Virus record (IMG/VR): IMGVR_UViG_2582580966_000018
Reading direction: 5' to 3' (one strand)
Length of the DNA stretch: 18,422 nucleotides
DNA from: a virus
Lineage: Duplodnaviria; Heunggongvirae; Uroviricota; Caudoviricetes
A program made the position numbers and the translations under genes. This document shows, one piece after another, positions 17,807 through 18,422 of this stretch. Below the pieces are notes generated by a model that did no database searches, had not been told where the DNA came from, and saw only the letters and a program-made list of their open reading frames with translations. Each line of letters starts with the position of its first letter. The first letter of the stretch is position 1.

Positions 17807-18151
17807 ATGTCAGATTTGGCTATGAAGGTTTTGAAATGGCAATCGACTGGCGATGTTGGCATTAGTAGCGCAACTCTTGCCTCAATCGCATGTGGACTGA
17901 AAAAGAATATCTATGGTCATCACTTCGGCGCTCCCCATGACGCAGCAGACTTCCGGCGATGCGTTGCACTTGTTGAGCAGATTCCAGAAATCAGAGATTC
18001 ATTCGACAAGGTTGCAAAGCGCGTTCCGGCATTCAAAGGCATCCTCAACGAATGGGATTCCCTCGTCGCTCTGTTGAAGTCTGAAATGAAGACGTACGGG
18101 AACAAAGCACCAGAGACTTACAGAAGAATCAGCGAGCTACGCAAGGACTAA
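17807..18151 (+). CDS. Hypothetical protein, 114 aa
   Basis: ORF with GGAG 7 nt upstream of the ATG; lies between ea8.5 and the excisionase-like gene; no recognisable motif. Confidence 0.55.
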   Translation: MSDLAMKVLKWQSTGDVGISSATLASIACGLKKNIYGHHFGAPHDAADFRRCVALVEQIPEIRDSFDKVAKRVPAFKGILNEWDSLVALLKSEMKTYGNKAPETYRRISELRKD

Positions 18152-18230
18152 CCCGCCTCACACTCGATGAGGCCTGTTCATATCTGATAGAGCCGCTATA
18201 TGGCGGTTTATTTTTGCCTGGAGAATTAAG

Positions 18231-18422
18231 ATGACCGATACCAGCCTGATTCCTGAGAAAGAAGTGATGAACAAGCTCGGTGTTTCATCACGTCAGACAA
18301 TCTGGAACTATACCAAACGGCACGGATTTCCGAAGCCAGTCAGAACCCACCCCAAATCATACCTTCGTGAAGCTGTTGAAGGGTGGATTCTTAACGGTGG
18401 CGTTAATCAGAAATGCTCCTGA
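18231..18422 (+). CDS. Small HTH protein, AlpA/excisionase-like, 63 aa
   Basis: Small basic protein at the position expected for xis in a lambdoid prophage (…VSSRQTIWNYTKRHGFPKPV…). Stop codon is the last three bases of the window, so an integrase probably follows outside it. Confidence 0.55.
   Translation: MTDTSLIPEKEVMNKLGVSSRQTIWNYTKRHGFPKPVRTHPKSYLREAVEGWILNGGVNQKCS

Overview
This window is a lambdoid prophage segment with a lambda-like backbone and a phage-434-type immunity region. Calls rest on recognising protein and site sequences from memory plus manual reading of both strands; no database search or computation was run. Minus strand, right to left: cro, nutR, cII (with antisense oop RNA), O (with ori iterons), P, ren, a tR2-like terminator, ninB, a frameshifted N6-adenine methyltransferase, ninE, a nin-region protein, then a holin / SAR-endolysin / Rz-Rz1 lysis cassette, tandem terminators, and a KilA-N protein. 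Plus strand from the immunity region rightward: cI, a secreted protein in the rexAB slot, OL/pL/nutL, N, an AT-rich unknown gene in the sieB/ral slot, ea10, cIII, kil, gam, bet, exo, orf60a, orf63, orf61, a TraR-like protein, ea22, ea8.5, an unknown 114-aa gene and an AlpA-type excisionase-like gene at the window edge. The element looks defective: no Q antiterminator and no head or tail genes lie between the lysis genes and a frameshifted tail-fibre fragment plus tfa. The left end (1-2961) carries an AT-rich cargo pair (unknown 428-aa protein and an acyltransferase-3 membrane protein) preceded by GATC-containing direct repeats, and an SOS-box-controlled UmuD'-like gene. The best candidates for an undescribed system are the three accessory slots: the sieB/ral slot gene, the rexAB slot gene and the left-end cargo operon. 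None can be assigned a function from sequence alone.
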